From assembly GCA_038240835.1 (NCBI GenBank), contig JBBRGJ010000002.1, positions 1 through 57,831 of the forward strand: a stretch of 57,831 nt of DNA. Direction: 5' to 3'. A program made the position numbers and the translations under genes. Below are positions 6,850 to 15,813 of this stretch, one piece after another. Positions within the stretch are counted from its first letter, which is position 1. Every line of letters begins with the position of its first letter. This DNA comes from Bacteroidales bacterium (GTDB lineage Bacteria > Bacteroidota > Bacteroidia > Bacteroidales > WCHB1-69). A model generated the notes under the pieces. It was not told the origin of the DNA, did not search any database, and worked only from the letters and a program-made list of their open reading frames with translations.

Positions 6850-7505
6850 TACGGTTGATTTTCAAGTTGATCAAATAATTCTTTTAAACACTCATTCAGC
6901 GAAGTCAGCGATTTTTCAAGGTCCCAATTATTGTTTTCTCTGTTAGTTACATCATTCGAAATGGCTCTAAGGTGCAAACACGGAACATTTAATCGCTTGC
7001 AAACATACATCATCGAGGCTCCTTCCATGGTTTCCACATCTGGCTGAAATCGGTTTCTAATTTCCAAAATCCGCTTTTCGCGATGATGAATAATATCAGA
7101 AGTAGCTCCCGTGACTTTTTTAAGCGCCGAAAGCATATTTAATTTCGGAATATTTGAAACATCACTTTCTACAAAAAACTCTTCGGAAGCTAAATGGATA
7201 TCTGTTAGTGATAGAAATCCACTATCGGTTTCGGCACCCAAATCCGGGAAACAATCTTTCACCACCCAGACCACTTCTCCAATCGTAATTTTGGAATGAT
7301 ATCTTCCTGTAACGCCAATTTGTATCACTAAATCTACAGAATGGGTTCCCAAATAATGGGTCAACTCAAATGTTGAACGTGTGATGCCAATACCTGTGGT
7401 TAAAAATGAATAGGAGTGGGCTAGCGGAGACTTGCTCTCAGAGCCGATTAACTCCCTGATGGTCGAGATTTCGCGATCTGTTGCGGCTACGATGAGAATG
7501 TTCAT
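6849..7505 (-). CDS. mqnB: Futalosine hydrolase (PNP_UDP_1 nucleosidase family)
   Basis: MNILIVAATDREI, a GIGI motif and ETMEGASMMYVC...LRAISNDV place it in the nucleosidase fold. Its position immediately upstream of and coupled to mqnD favours MqnB over Pfs/MtnN. Confidence 0.7.
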   Translation of the reverse strand: MNILIVAATDREISTIRELIGSESKSPLAHSYSFLTTGIGITRSTFELTHYLGTHSVDLVIQIGVTGRYHSKITIGEVVWVVKDCFPDLGAETDSGFLSLTDIHLASEEFFVESDVSNIPKLNMLSALKKVTGATSDIIHHREKRILEIRNRFQPDVETMEGASMMYVCKRLNVPCLHLRAISNDVTNRENNNWDLEKSLTSLNECLKELFDQLENQP

Positions 7506-7634
7506 GCATTTAATGTTTTATGTTTTTCGCTTATGGATTCTGTTTTATTATACAACGTAAAAAATTCGAAGAAAAAATGAGTTGATTTATTGAAGTTCCG
7601 TAAACAGATATTCTCTCAAAAGCGGTAATTTTAT

Positions 7635-7838
7635 TTATTTTTCCACACAACTTATTGTGTAAATGGTGTCGTTTTCGGTAGTTTTACTATTTAAATCAAC
7701 ACACTCTTTATCGGTAACCTGCTCCGAAATCCCTCTATCTATTCCATCTCTTTGATGCACACAAGTGCAGTTTTTGTCCTTTCTGCAACTCGAAAAAATT
7801 ATCAATAAAAAACCGATTAGTATTAATCCAATTTTCAT
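7635..7838 (-). CDS. Small Cys-rich lipoprotein, hypothetical
   Basis: The 67-aa product has a signal peptide with lipobox IFSSC and several further Cys residues in the mature part. I do not recognise the family. Confidence 0.45.
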   Translation of the reverse strand: MKIGLILIGFLLIIFSSCRKDKNCTCVHQRDGIDRGISEQVTDKECVDLNSKTTENDTIYTISCVEK

Positions 7839-7920
7839 TTTATTTTTGTTTTTATGTTCCTACAAAGATAATTGATTTTTTTTCATTACAGAATTTTGAC
7901 ATTGAAGTTTATCCCGCAAG

Positions 7921-8840
7921 GCGGAATGTTAAGACAAAAGTGACACTAAAAAAGAAAAAAACCTGCGTAGCTTATCACTGCGTAGCCCTAAAACTTCAAA
8001 AAAAAACTAAAATCGTCTGCGGGATGTACCGAAAAAAAACAAATTGCATTTTTTGATTAGTTTTTAATAGTTGATTGCAATTTGGTATTTTTTCGAGCAT
8101 CCACGAAAAAAAATGGAATCAAAGATCCCAATTTTTTCGGGACCTTGAAGGAGCGAGCGAGCCCTCAAAAACAATAGTTTTCAAATACAATTAGCAATTC
8201 AGCAAGGGCGTTTATCACCCTTTTTAGGGTGACAAGCGTCCTAATTTAGCCCAACTTGATTAGTAGATATTTTCGCAGAAAATAGATATCTGATTTAGTT
8301 GGGCTTAACCCTCGATTTCGCTTTTAATTGTATTCCCCAGAGGTTATTTTCTTGCGAAATCGGGGTTTAGATATTTTTGCAGAAAATAACTATCTGATTT
8401 AGTTGGGCTTAACCCACGATTGCGCTTTTAATTAGGTTTTCCAAGTATTATTTTCCTGCAAAATCGGGGTTTAGTGTGTTTTTTGAAAGTATTAGTCCTT
8501 TATGAACATTGCTATCTAGACCGACCTTGTCAAAAAAGCGTAAAGAAAAAGAGGTGATTTTACGGCCTGCCCTCGAATATCAAGTATAACCAAAATGCGA
8601 TTTAGAAACTTTATATTCGGGGATTAGCGAGGCGGGTGCGTTGCCGTAAATAGATCCAAGTCGGAAACATCCGTCATGTGAACAAAATTGCTTCAGTGAA
8701 GCTCTTGACTTGGCTCGCGCCGGAAAATTACCTCTTTTTTAGCTTTTTTGGCGAAGTCTTGATTTTTTGGTTACTTTTGTATCAAGACAAAAGTGACACT
8801 AAAAAAGAAAAATCTTCGAAGTAAAGTTGTTTTAATCCTC
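7921..8840. repeat. Structured intergenic repeat element, copy B (about 920 bp, with insertions)
   Basis: It has the same modules as copy A. It also has a leading extra copy of the element's 3' end (AAGACAAAAGTGACACTAAAAAAGAAAAA at 7921 and 8787), a 225-bp insert (8250-8474) and a 60-bp insert (8566-8625). Confidence 0.85.
8267..8474. repeat. Two tandem 104-bp units nested in repeat copy B
   Basis: The units are 8267-8370 and 8371-8474. Each carries AACCC.CGATT.CGC ... GC.AAATCGGGGTT inverted repeats. The whole insert is flanked by TTTAG on both sides. Confidence 0.8.
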
Positions 8841-8861
8841 TCACTCTTAATAAGTCAGGAC

Positions 8862-8898
8862 TAAAAAAAGGAGAGAAGTGTTTTTACACTTCTCTCCT
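8862..8898 (-). terminator. Intrinsic terminator of the dsbD-family gene
   Basis: The 12-bp stem is AGGAGAGAAGTG / CACTTCTCTCCT. On the minus strand it is followed by TTTTTTT. Confidence 0.75.
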
Positions 8899-8930
8899 AA
8901 ATCATACAATCAATATTGTATCGTTAGAAA

Positions 8931-11000
8931 TTATTTATTTGGGTGCGCTTTTTCAAAAGCAGCTTTCCCTTCGTCTAAAAACTTCACAAAATTCTCTACA
9001 TTCAAATCATACACCTGAGAACCGCCCATCTGTTTACGATCTCCGTCCAAAATCACATAAAATGGTTGTGAATTTGTTTTGAATTCATTGGCTTGGATCT
9101 CACTGTTTCGCTCGCCAATCAAGGTGATTTTCTCCCCTTTTTTATTTACATATTGGTCTTTCTCTAACAGTGGAGTCACTTTGTCGTCTACATAAAGCGC
9201 CACAATGATAAAGTCCTCTTTTAATCGTTTTAATACTTCTGATTCCGACCAAACATTGTTTTCCATGTTTCTACAGTTGGTGCAACCATGTCCTGTAAAA
9301 TCAACAAAAATTGGCTTGTTTGTCTCTTTAGAACATTTTAATGCTTGTTCTAAGTCAAAATAACCTTGAAGTCCATGAGGTAGTTTCATTTTAGAAGTCT
9401 TGTATACTGGTTCCTCACACAGCGTGAAAGTTTTTGTTCCACCGCCTGAACCTCCTGAGTTTTCTCTAACAATGTTAGAAATATCAAAATCTTGAGTTTC
9501 CATTGGAGGCAACCATCCAGATAACATTTTTAGAGGCGCTCCCCACATTCCAGGAATCATATATACAACAAAACTAAAGGTAGCAATCGCTAACATAAAT
9601 CTGCCAAAACTTTTTTGAATAGGAAAATCGCTGTCATGTGGAAATTTTAGTTTACCCATAAGATACATGCCAAGCAAGGTAAATAAGACAATCCAAAGTG
9701 CTAAGAATACTTCACGATCCAAAATTCCCCAATGGTAGGTTTGGTCTGGAATGTTTAGGAATTTTAAGGCAAAAGCAAGCTCGATAAAACCAAGAACAAC
9801 TTTTACTGTATTTAACCAGCCTCCAGATTTTGGCAATTTGTTTAACCACTGTGGAAATAATGCAAACAAGGTAAATGGTAATGCAAAAGCTAACGAGAAA
9901 CCGAGCATTCCAACAATTGGCATCAATACCTGACCGCCTGCCGATGCTACTACAATGGTTCCAACGATAGGACCTGTGCACGAAAATGACACCAATACTA
10001 AGGTGAGCGCCATAAAGAATGTTCCAAACAAACCGCCTTTGTCCTCTTTCTCAACAGATTTATTGATTGCCCAGTTTGGCATTTTGATTTCAAAATAACC
10101 AAAAAATGCAGCGGCAAATATGATGAAAATTACAAAGAAAAGGATGTTCGGAATCCAGTGTGTGCTGATAAAGTTCCCAAATCCTTCGCCAAATAATACG
10201 GAGATTAGGGTGCCAAATAATACATAAATGACAATAATCCAAAGACCATAGGTAATGGCGTTAATTTTTCCTCGAGCGCCACCTTTCATAAAATATGAAA
10301 TAGTCATCGGAATCATTGGAAAAACACAAGGGGTGAGTATCGCAAGCAAACCACCTAAAAAAGCTAACCAGAAGAAAATCAACAACGAACTTGCTGAGTT
10401 TTTTGTGGGTTCTTCCTTTTGAGCGTCCAAAGGTTTTGAACTATTGGTGGTGTCAGTTTTCGTTTCTGTAACTGCCGAAGCGGTATCAGATTTTAAATCA
10501 TTTTCCACCTCTTTTATCGTATTTGCATCTACTTCTCCTTGAGCTCCAGTGAGTTTAAAAGAGAACTTGTCTTTAGTGCCAACACATTTTCCATCCTGAC
10601 AAGCTTGACCGTCTAAACTGCCAGTAACTGCAAACGCTTCCTTGGAAAGCTTTTTTACCTTTTGTTTGAAAACCACTTTGCCTACGAACGATTTTATGTC
10701 TGCTTTTGCATCTTCGTCGTATACTTTAACTCCTGCAGGTTCTGCAACCACGCCTATAAGTTTGTATTTTGCATTTTTGCTAAATTCAAATACCAATGGC
10801 AACTCAATCGCTGTTGCAGGTAAGTTTTGAGAATATAAATGCCATGTTTTGTCGATGTTAGCTGTAAACAACAATTCTGCTTCATCGTTTGGCAGCTCTT
10901 TTACGGCATAGCTCCATTTAACTGGTTCTAAAATTTGAGCGCTAACTTGAAGGGAGAATAATACTCCTATCAACAAAAACAATTTACCGAGTCTTTTCAT
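8931..11000 (-). CDS. Protein-disulfide reductase, DsbD family (N-terminal periplasmic domain, CcdA-like TM core, C-terminal thioredoxin)
   Basis: It has a signal peptide ending SA|Q, a multi-TM core with TPCVFPMIP and FSCTGP motifs, and a C-terminal thioredoxin motif DFTGHGCTNCRNME. Confidence 0.85.
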   Translation of the reverse strand: MKRLGKLFLLIGVLFSLQVSAQILEPVKWSYAVKELPNDEAELLFTANIDKTWHLYSQNLPATAIELPLVFEFSKNAKYKLIGVVAEPAGVKVYDEDAKADIKSFVGKVVFKQKVKKLSKEAFAVTGSLDGQACQDGKCVGTKDKFSFKLTGAQGEVDANTIKEVENDLKSDTASAVTETKTDTTNSSKPLDAQKEEPTKNSASSLLIFFWLAFLGGLLAILTPCVFPMIPMTISYFMKGGARGKINAITYGLWIIVIYVLFGTLISVLFGEGFGNFISTHWIPNILFFVIFIIFAAAFFGYFEIKMPNWAINKSVEKEDKGGLFGTFFMALTLVLVSFSCTGPIVGTIVVASAGGQVLMPIVGMLGFSLAFALPFTLFALFPQWLNKLPKSGGWLNTVKVVLGFIELAFALKFLNIPDQTYHWGILDREVFLALWIVLFTLLGMYLMGKLKFPHDSDFPIQKSFGRFMLAIATFSFVVYMIPGMWGAPLKMLSGWLPPMETQDFDISNIVRENSGGSGGGTKTFTLCEEPVYKTSKMKLPHGLQGYFDLEQALKCSKETNKPIFVDFTGHGCTNCRNMENNVWSESEVLKRLKEDFIIVALYVDDKVTPLLEKDQYVNKKGEKITLIGERNSEIQANEFKTNSQPFYVILDGDRKQMGGSQVYDLNVENFVKFLDEGKAAFEKAHPNK

Positions 11001-11099
11001 CTGCTTTTTATTTATTTATAATTTTATTTTTCTGGTATTTCGAACAAATAAACTTTTTCCCTGATTGTTTTCGGGTGTAAAGTTAATTATTATATCAAG

Positions 11100-12437
11100 T
11101 TAATCCACTATGATTTTTATCACATTTTTAGAATGGGTATCTACTTTTACCAATTCGCTCATGCGATAACCAACAATCCAAATTATTTTTTTGTTTGATT
11201 CTAAGATATATATGTGAGATTTTAAATGGGTTGGTATCTTTAAATCTTGGAAAAAATCACTCACCTTTTTTCGTCCCTTCATCCCAAATGGATAAAAATA
11301 ATCACCCTGTTCCCATTTTCTAAGTACCAATGGAAAAATCAACTTGTCGCCATCTACCGTAATTGAATTAGGATCGTCGTCTTTTATCTTGATGGAACTT
11401 GGATTTTTTAAAACATCAAAACTTAAAGAGATTGGCAGATGATTGATGTCAAATATATCGTTGATAAAATACGATTCCGTGGGCTGTTTTTCTTCTTTCG
11501 TAGACAAAAATAGATGAGTTCTGTCTCTAACTACTTGATGTGTAGCACTTTCGTAGGTTGCTCCTGCATGACGCTGAATGTTGCCTAAGATGTCGTTTAC
11601 CTGCGATGAGTTAAACCCAAATGGGTGAAGAAATTCAAAAAGCGCTACTTCTGGGGCTACATATTCGAGTAACTGAGCAATAGAAAGAGTGCTGTGTAAG
11701 GCCGTTGTCTGCGTGATTTTTGATAAAAACTCATTCACTGATTTTCTATAAACTAACTCTTGGTTCGCAATGATATGCGCCGATTTCGAAAATGATTGGA
11801 TTACCTCTGGATATGATTTTTTTAATGCAGGTAATACATTCAGACGTATGTTGTTGCGAACGTATTTGTCCTTTTTATTGGTGCTGTCTTCGCGATATTT
11901 AATTTTTCGCTCTGCAGCATACGCTTCAATATCTGAACGTTGAGCAAAAAGAAGTGGACGAATAAATATTCCATTGCGAGGCAAAATTCCATGCAATCCC
12001 GATATTCCAGTTCCTCGGCATAGATTAATTAACATGGTTTCTGCTACATCATCTGCATGATGCGCCAGCGCCACAGTTTCGATGTTCTCATCTGCCGACA
12101 ATTTTGAAAACCAATCGTATCTGAGTTCACGGGCTGCTATTTGAATCGAAACATTTGATTTTTTCGCATACTCTTCGGTGTCAAAACACTTTGCAATAAA
12201 ACCAACTCTGTATTTATTGGCTATCGAGCCCACTAAAAGTTCATCTCCGTCGGATTCTACGCCTCGCAAACCAAAGTTGCAATGCGCAATGGTAATTGAA
12301 ATTTTCGCTCGATGGAAAAGATCAACCATTACCATCGAATCAATGCCACCACTTACCGCCAATATCACTTTATTGAGTGGATTGAATAAGGATTGGGATT
12401 CAACGTAACGAATGAACTCTTCTTCTAAGTTTAACAT
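11100..12437 (-). CDS. tilS: tRNA(Ile)-lysidine synthetase
   Basis: The PP-loop LAVSGGIDSMVM, the motif HHADDVAETMLINLCRGTG and a C-terminal TilS substrate-binding-like domain are present. Confidence 0.9.
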   Translation of the reverse strand: MLNLEEEFIRYVESQSLFNPLNKVILAVSGGIDSMVMVDLFHRAKISITIAHCNFGLRGVESDGDELLVGSIANKYRVGFIAKCFDTEEYAKKSNVSIQIAARELRYDWFSKLSADENIETVALAHHADDVAETMLINLCRGTGISGLHGILPRNGIFIRPLLFAQRSDIEAYAAERKIKYREDSTNKKDKYVRNNIRLNVLPALKKSYPEVIQSFSKSAHIIANQELVYRKSVNEFLSKITQTTALHSTLSIAQLLEYVAPEVALFEFLHPFGFNSSQVNDILGNIQRHAGATYESATHQVVRDRTHLFLSTKEEKQPTESYFINDIFDINHLPISLSFDVLKNPSSIKIKDDDPNSITVDGDKLIFPLVLRKWEQGDYFYPFGMKGRKKVSDFFQDLKIPTHLKSHIYILESNKKIIWIVGYRMSELVKVDTHSKNVIKIIVD

Positions 12438-12444
12438 AAAATGA

Positions 12445-13434
12445 CTATTTTTCTTGATAAATTACAGCCAAACAAACCTTGCCTACAGCAGATAACGTCT
12501 CTTTGTTGATGTTGCTGATGTTGTCGTTGAGTGTGTGCCAATGTTGGTTGAATCCAGATTGGGTTGAAGGATCGTGTTGTATAATGTCTATAGTCGGGAT
12601 GGAGGCAATTTTGTTGATGTATAAATGATCATCGGTTATTCCATTGCTTTGTCTGTTGACAAAATAGTTGCTATATCCAAGTTGATTGGCGATTCCCCAA
12701 ACTTTATTTACAATATCAGAAGCGTAATACATCGAAGTTCCCTCTTTTGCAAACTCAGCATTGGCAGCGCCTACCATATCGAGTAAAATTCCGAAACGGG
12801 CTTTGTAACCAGCTACATGTGGCGTTCTTGACCAATGTTGCGAACCCAAACACCAATTATCCTGCTGTTCGCTTTGTGCTTCTTGGGGTTCGCCCCAATC
12901 TTCTAAATCGAACAAAACAATGTCTACTCCTATTCCTGGATTTTTAATGCTCAACTGACGTGCTATTTCTATTAAAACGCCTACGCCACTAGCTCCATCA
13001 TTGGCACCGTCTATGGGTGTTTTGTGGTTTTTTGCATCCGCATCATGATCCGCATACGGGCGACTGTCCCAATGTGCTGATAATAAAATTCGCACTTTGT
13101 TTTCGGGATTAAAAACGGCTATTATGTTTTTGCCATTTGCCGTCTTTCCGTCCCACAAACGTGCTTTAAAATCTTGCTCTATTACATTTTGAGTGTATGA
13201 TTTTAATTTGTTCACCATCCAAGTAGCACATTCGCTGTGCGCTTTAGTACCCGGAACACGAGGTCCAAACGCAGTTTGTGCTGCCACAAAAGCAAATGCA
13301 CTGTCTGCATCAAACGCCGGACTTTCCATGGGAACCACTGGGATATTGTTAGACTCATCGTTTTTGGTTTTGTTCTTGCACCCAACGATCGATACAACCA
13401 TTATCATCATTATTAACGTTGAAATTCTTTTCAT
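12445..13434 (-). CDS. M28-family metallopeptidase-fold lipoprotein, likely glutaminyl-peptide cyclotransferase (Bacteroidota type II QC)
   Basis: It has the lipobox IVGC and the M28 metal-ligand motifs SAHWDSRPYADHD, DGANDGASGVGVLIE and FDLEDWG. Its size and architecture resemble the Porphyromonas QC. Confidence 0.65.
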   Translation of the reverse strand: MKRISTLIMMIMVVSIVGCKNKTKNDESNNIPVVPMESPAFDADSAFAFVAAQTAFGPRVPGTKAHSECATWMVNKLKSYTQNVIEQDFKARLWDGKTANGKNIIAVFNPENKVRILLSAHWDSRPYADHDADAKNHKTPIDGANDGASGVGVLIEIARQLSIKNPGIGVDIVLFDLEDWGEPQEAQSEQQDNWCLGSQHWSRTPHVAGYKARFGILLDMVGAANAEFAKEGTSMYYASDIVNKVWGIANQLGYSNYFVNRQSNGITDDHLYINKIASIPTIDIIQHDPSTQSGFNQHWHTLNDNISNINKETLSAVGKVCLAVIYQEK

Positions 13435-13553
13435 TACTGTTTTTATTATTGTTTCTATCGAAAAATCATGATCAAACGCATATTACCACGTTTTATTTAA
13501 AAAAAGGACATTGTTCCCTAAAATTCACCTCAGTATTTCATCCGAACTTAATT

Positions 13554-13948
13554 CTGATAACTGTTGACTGTTCAACGTATTCGGTCGAGCTTTCGTAGAT
13601 CCACGAATTTTGAAAAAATTCGGGACGCTCTGTTCACTGATAACTGCTAACTGTTCACTGCTAACTGTTCACTGACTACTCATTCCTCTTCACTGATTTT
13701 CTTTGTTTGCCCCAGCCCTAAAGGGAGCAAAGAAAATCTTTTTGTTTTTTTAAAGTACCACTTCGGTCGAGCTTAGCTCTGATCACTGATCACTGTTAAC
13801 TGATAACTGATCACTGTTCACTGCTAACTGTTAACTGTTAACTGATCACTGTTCACCGTTCACTGTATTCTGTATTTCGGTCGAGCTTCGCTCTGTTCAC
13901 TGCTAACTGCTAACTGTCAACTGTTCACTGTTCACTGACTACTCACCA
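13554..13948. repeat. Phased heptanucleotide (CTGNTMA) tandem arrays in three or four blocks
   Basis: The blocks are 13630-13699 (10 units), 13779-13876 (14 units, perfectly in phase) and 13893-13948 (8 units, running into the cysS stop codon). The blocks are separated by the conserved TCGGTCGAGCTT.GCTC. Confidence 0.9.
13695..13751 (+). terminator. Orphan terminator-like hairpin on the plus strand, with no upstream plus-strand gene
   Basis: The stem GATTTTCTTTG..TGCCC / GGGAGCAAAGAAAATC is about 15 bp and is followed by TTTTTGTTTTTTT. Confidence 0.45.
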
Positions 13949-15411
13949 ATACTCCACTCTGCGCCCTCTTTGGTATCTTTCAGTATCACATTTATATTTT
14001 TCAATTCATCCCTAATTTTGTCAGATTTAGCCCAATCTTTATCCATTTTTGCCTGCTGACGAAGATCAATTAGCATTTGAATCACTCCATTAAGCATCTC
14101 ATCGGAGCCAGAAGCGGCCTCTTCCGATTTTAGTCCTAAAATATCAGACACAAATGATTCGAAAAGTTGTTTCAATAATTCAATATCTTCCTCTGTTAAT
14201 GAGGCTTTGCCATCTTTTACAGAATTTATTATCCTCACTCCGTCAAAAAGATGCGCAATGGCTATCGGACTGTTGAAATCATCATCCAGCGCATCATAAA
14301 GTTTTTGTTGCAACTCTTTAATGTTTTCGGTGGATTGTGCACTTGATTTTAATTTGGGGATAAGATTTTGTGCCATCAATAACTTTTTCATTCCCTTTTC
14401 GGCAGCTTGCAACGCTTCGTTCGAAAAATCTACGGTGCTACGATAATGAGCTTGAAGTATGAAAAAACGGATGGTCATCGGACTGTATGCCTGCGTTAAG
14501 CTTGGGTGACTGCCATCGAAAAATTCGTTTAAGGTGATAAAGTTCCCCAACGATTTTCCCATCTTCTGACCGTTGATGGTAATCATATTGTTATGAATCC
14601 AATATTTAGCGGGTTCGTGACCAAAAGCAACATTCGATTGACAAATTTCTGATTCGTGGTGTGGAAATAGTAAATCCATTCCTCCTCCGTGAATATCAAA
14701 TGTTTCACCTAAATATTTATTCCCCATGGCAGTACATTCCAAATGCCAACCCGGAAAACCAATGCTCCACGGAGAGTTCCATCGCATAATATGTTCCGGT
14801 GAAGCTTTTTTCCACAAAGCAAAATCTGCCGAGTTGTGTTTCTCTTCCTGACCGTCTAGTTCGCGCGTAGTTGCCAATAAATCATCCAATACACGCCCCG
14901 AAAGTTTGCCATATTGGAATTTTTCATTGTACTTGGCAATGTCAAAATAGATGGAACCATTGGATTCGTATCCATACCCTGCATCGATGATTTTTTGAAC
15001 AATCTCCATCTGCTCTATAATATGTCCCGAAGCACGTGGCTCTATGCTTGGCCGACGTACATTTAGTTTGTCCATCGCAAAATGGTAGCGATCCAAGTAG
15101 TATTGAGCTACTTCCATCGGTTCCAACTGATCGATACGCGCTTTTTTAGCAATCTTATCTTCGCCTTCATCGGCATCGTTTTCAAGATGACCAACATCGG
15201 TGATATTGCGCACATAGCGGACTTTATAACCCAAATGGACGAGGTAGCGGAAAATTAAATCAAACGTAATACCTGGACGAGCATGACCCAAATGCGGATC
15301 GCCATATACTGTGGGACCACAAACATACATTCCTACAAACGGATTATTAATGGGTTCAAAAAGCTCTTTTTTACGAGTTAGTGTATTGTAAACAAATAGT
15401 TGATGATTCAT
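13939..15411 (-). CDS. cysS: Cysteine--tRNA ligase
   Basis: The product carries the class I HIGH variant HLGHARP, the motif KMGKSLGN (KMSKS) and the typical CysRS length of 490 aa. Confidence 0.95.
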   Translation of the reverse strand: MNHQLFVYNTLTRKKELFEPINNPFVGMYVCGPTVYGDPHLGHARPGITFDLIFRYLVHLGYKVRYVRNITDVGHLENDADEGEDKIAKKARIDQLEPMEVAQYYLDRYHFAMDKLNVRRPSIEPRASGHIIEQMEIVQKIIDAGYGYESNGSIYFDIAKYNEKFQYGKLSGRVLDDLLATTRELDGQEEKHNSADFALWKKASPEHIMRWNSPWSIGFPGWHLECTAMGNKYLGETFDIHGGGMDLLFPHHESEICQSNVAFGHEPAKYWIHNNMITINGQKMGKSLGNFITLNEFFDGSHPSLTQAYSPMTIRFFILQAHYRSTVDFSNEALQAAEKGMKKLLMAQNLIPKLKSSAQSTENIKELQQKLYDALDDDFNSPIAIAHLFDGVRIINSVKDGKASLTEEDIELLKQLFESFVSDILGLKSEEAASGSDEMLNGVIQMLIDLRQQAKMDKDWAKSDKIRDELKNINVILKDTKEGAEWSIGE

Positions 15412-15764
15412 AATTGCATAAAATAAAAGACAAATTTCGTGTTTTTTTTTGAAATACAGTGTTTTTATCTACAACCTGAATTGAATTAATGCAAATTCTT
15501 AAAAAAAATCATTCTAAAAACTGCAAGAAATTAGATCTCATTAATTCATACCTTGTATTTAGCTCAAGCTAAGTGTGAGTTATCCATTAGCCCCAAAAAG
15601 TGGATCATCGAATCTAATTAAATCACTTTGGCAGAGACTAAAACAGCTCTTTTTTACTTTTCAAAAGAGATATAAGACCAACCAATTCCTCCACGCAAAT
15701 GTAATAAGATATCAACAGTTCGCTTTTTTTTAGCAGTTTTATTTCATTATTACGTTAATTATTT

Positions 15765-15772
15765 TAACTTTG
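15765..15772 (+). promoter_or_regulatory. Bacteroidota -7 box upstream of the ppiD-like gene
   Basis: TAACTTTG lies 42 nt upstream of the ATG at 15814. Confidence 0.45.
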
Positions 15773-15813
15773 CAAATTATTTGAACCATAAACTAATTAA
15801 ATATACAATTCAA

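Noticed and set aside
13554-13948. A possible CRISPR array, considered here and for the tandem units at 46861-46960.
   Set aside because: The units are 7 bp or about 35 bp with no unique spacers between them, no cas genes are present, and the repeats are contiguous.
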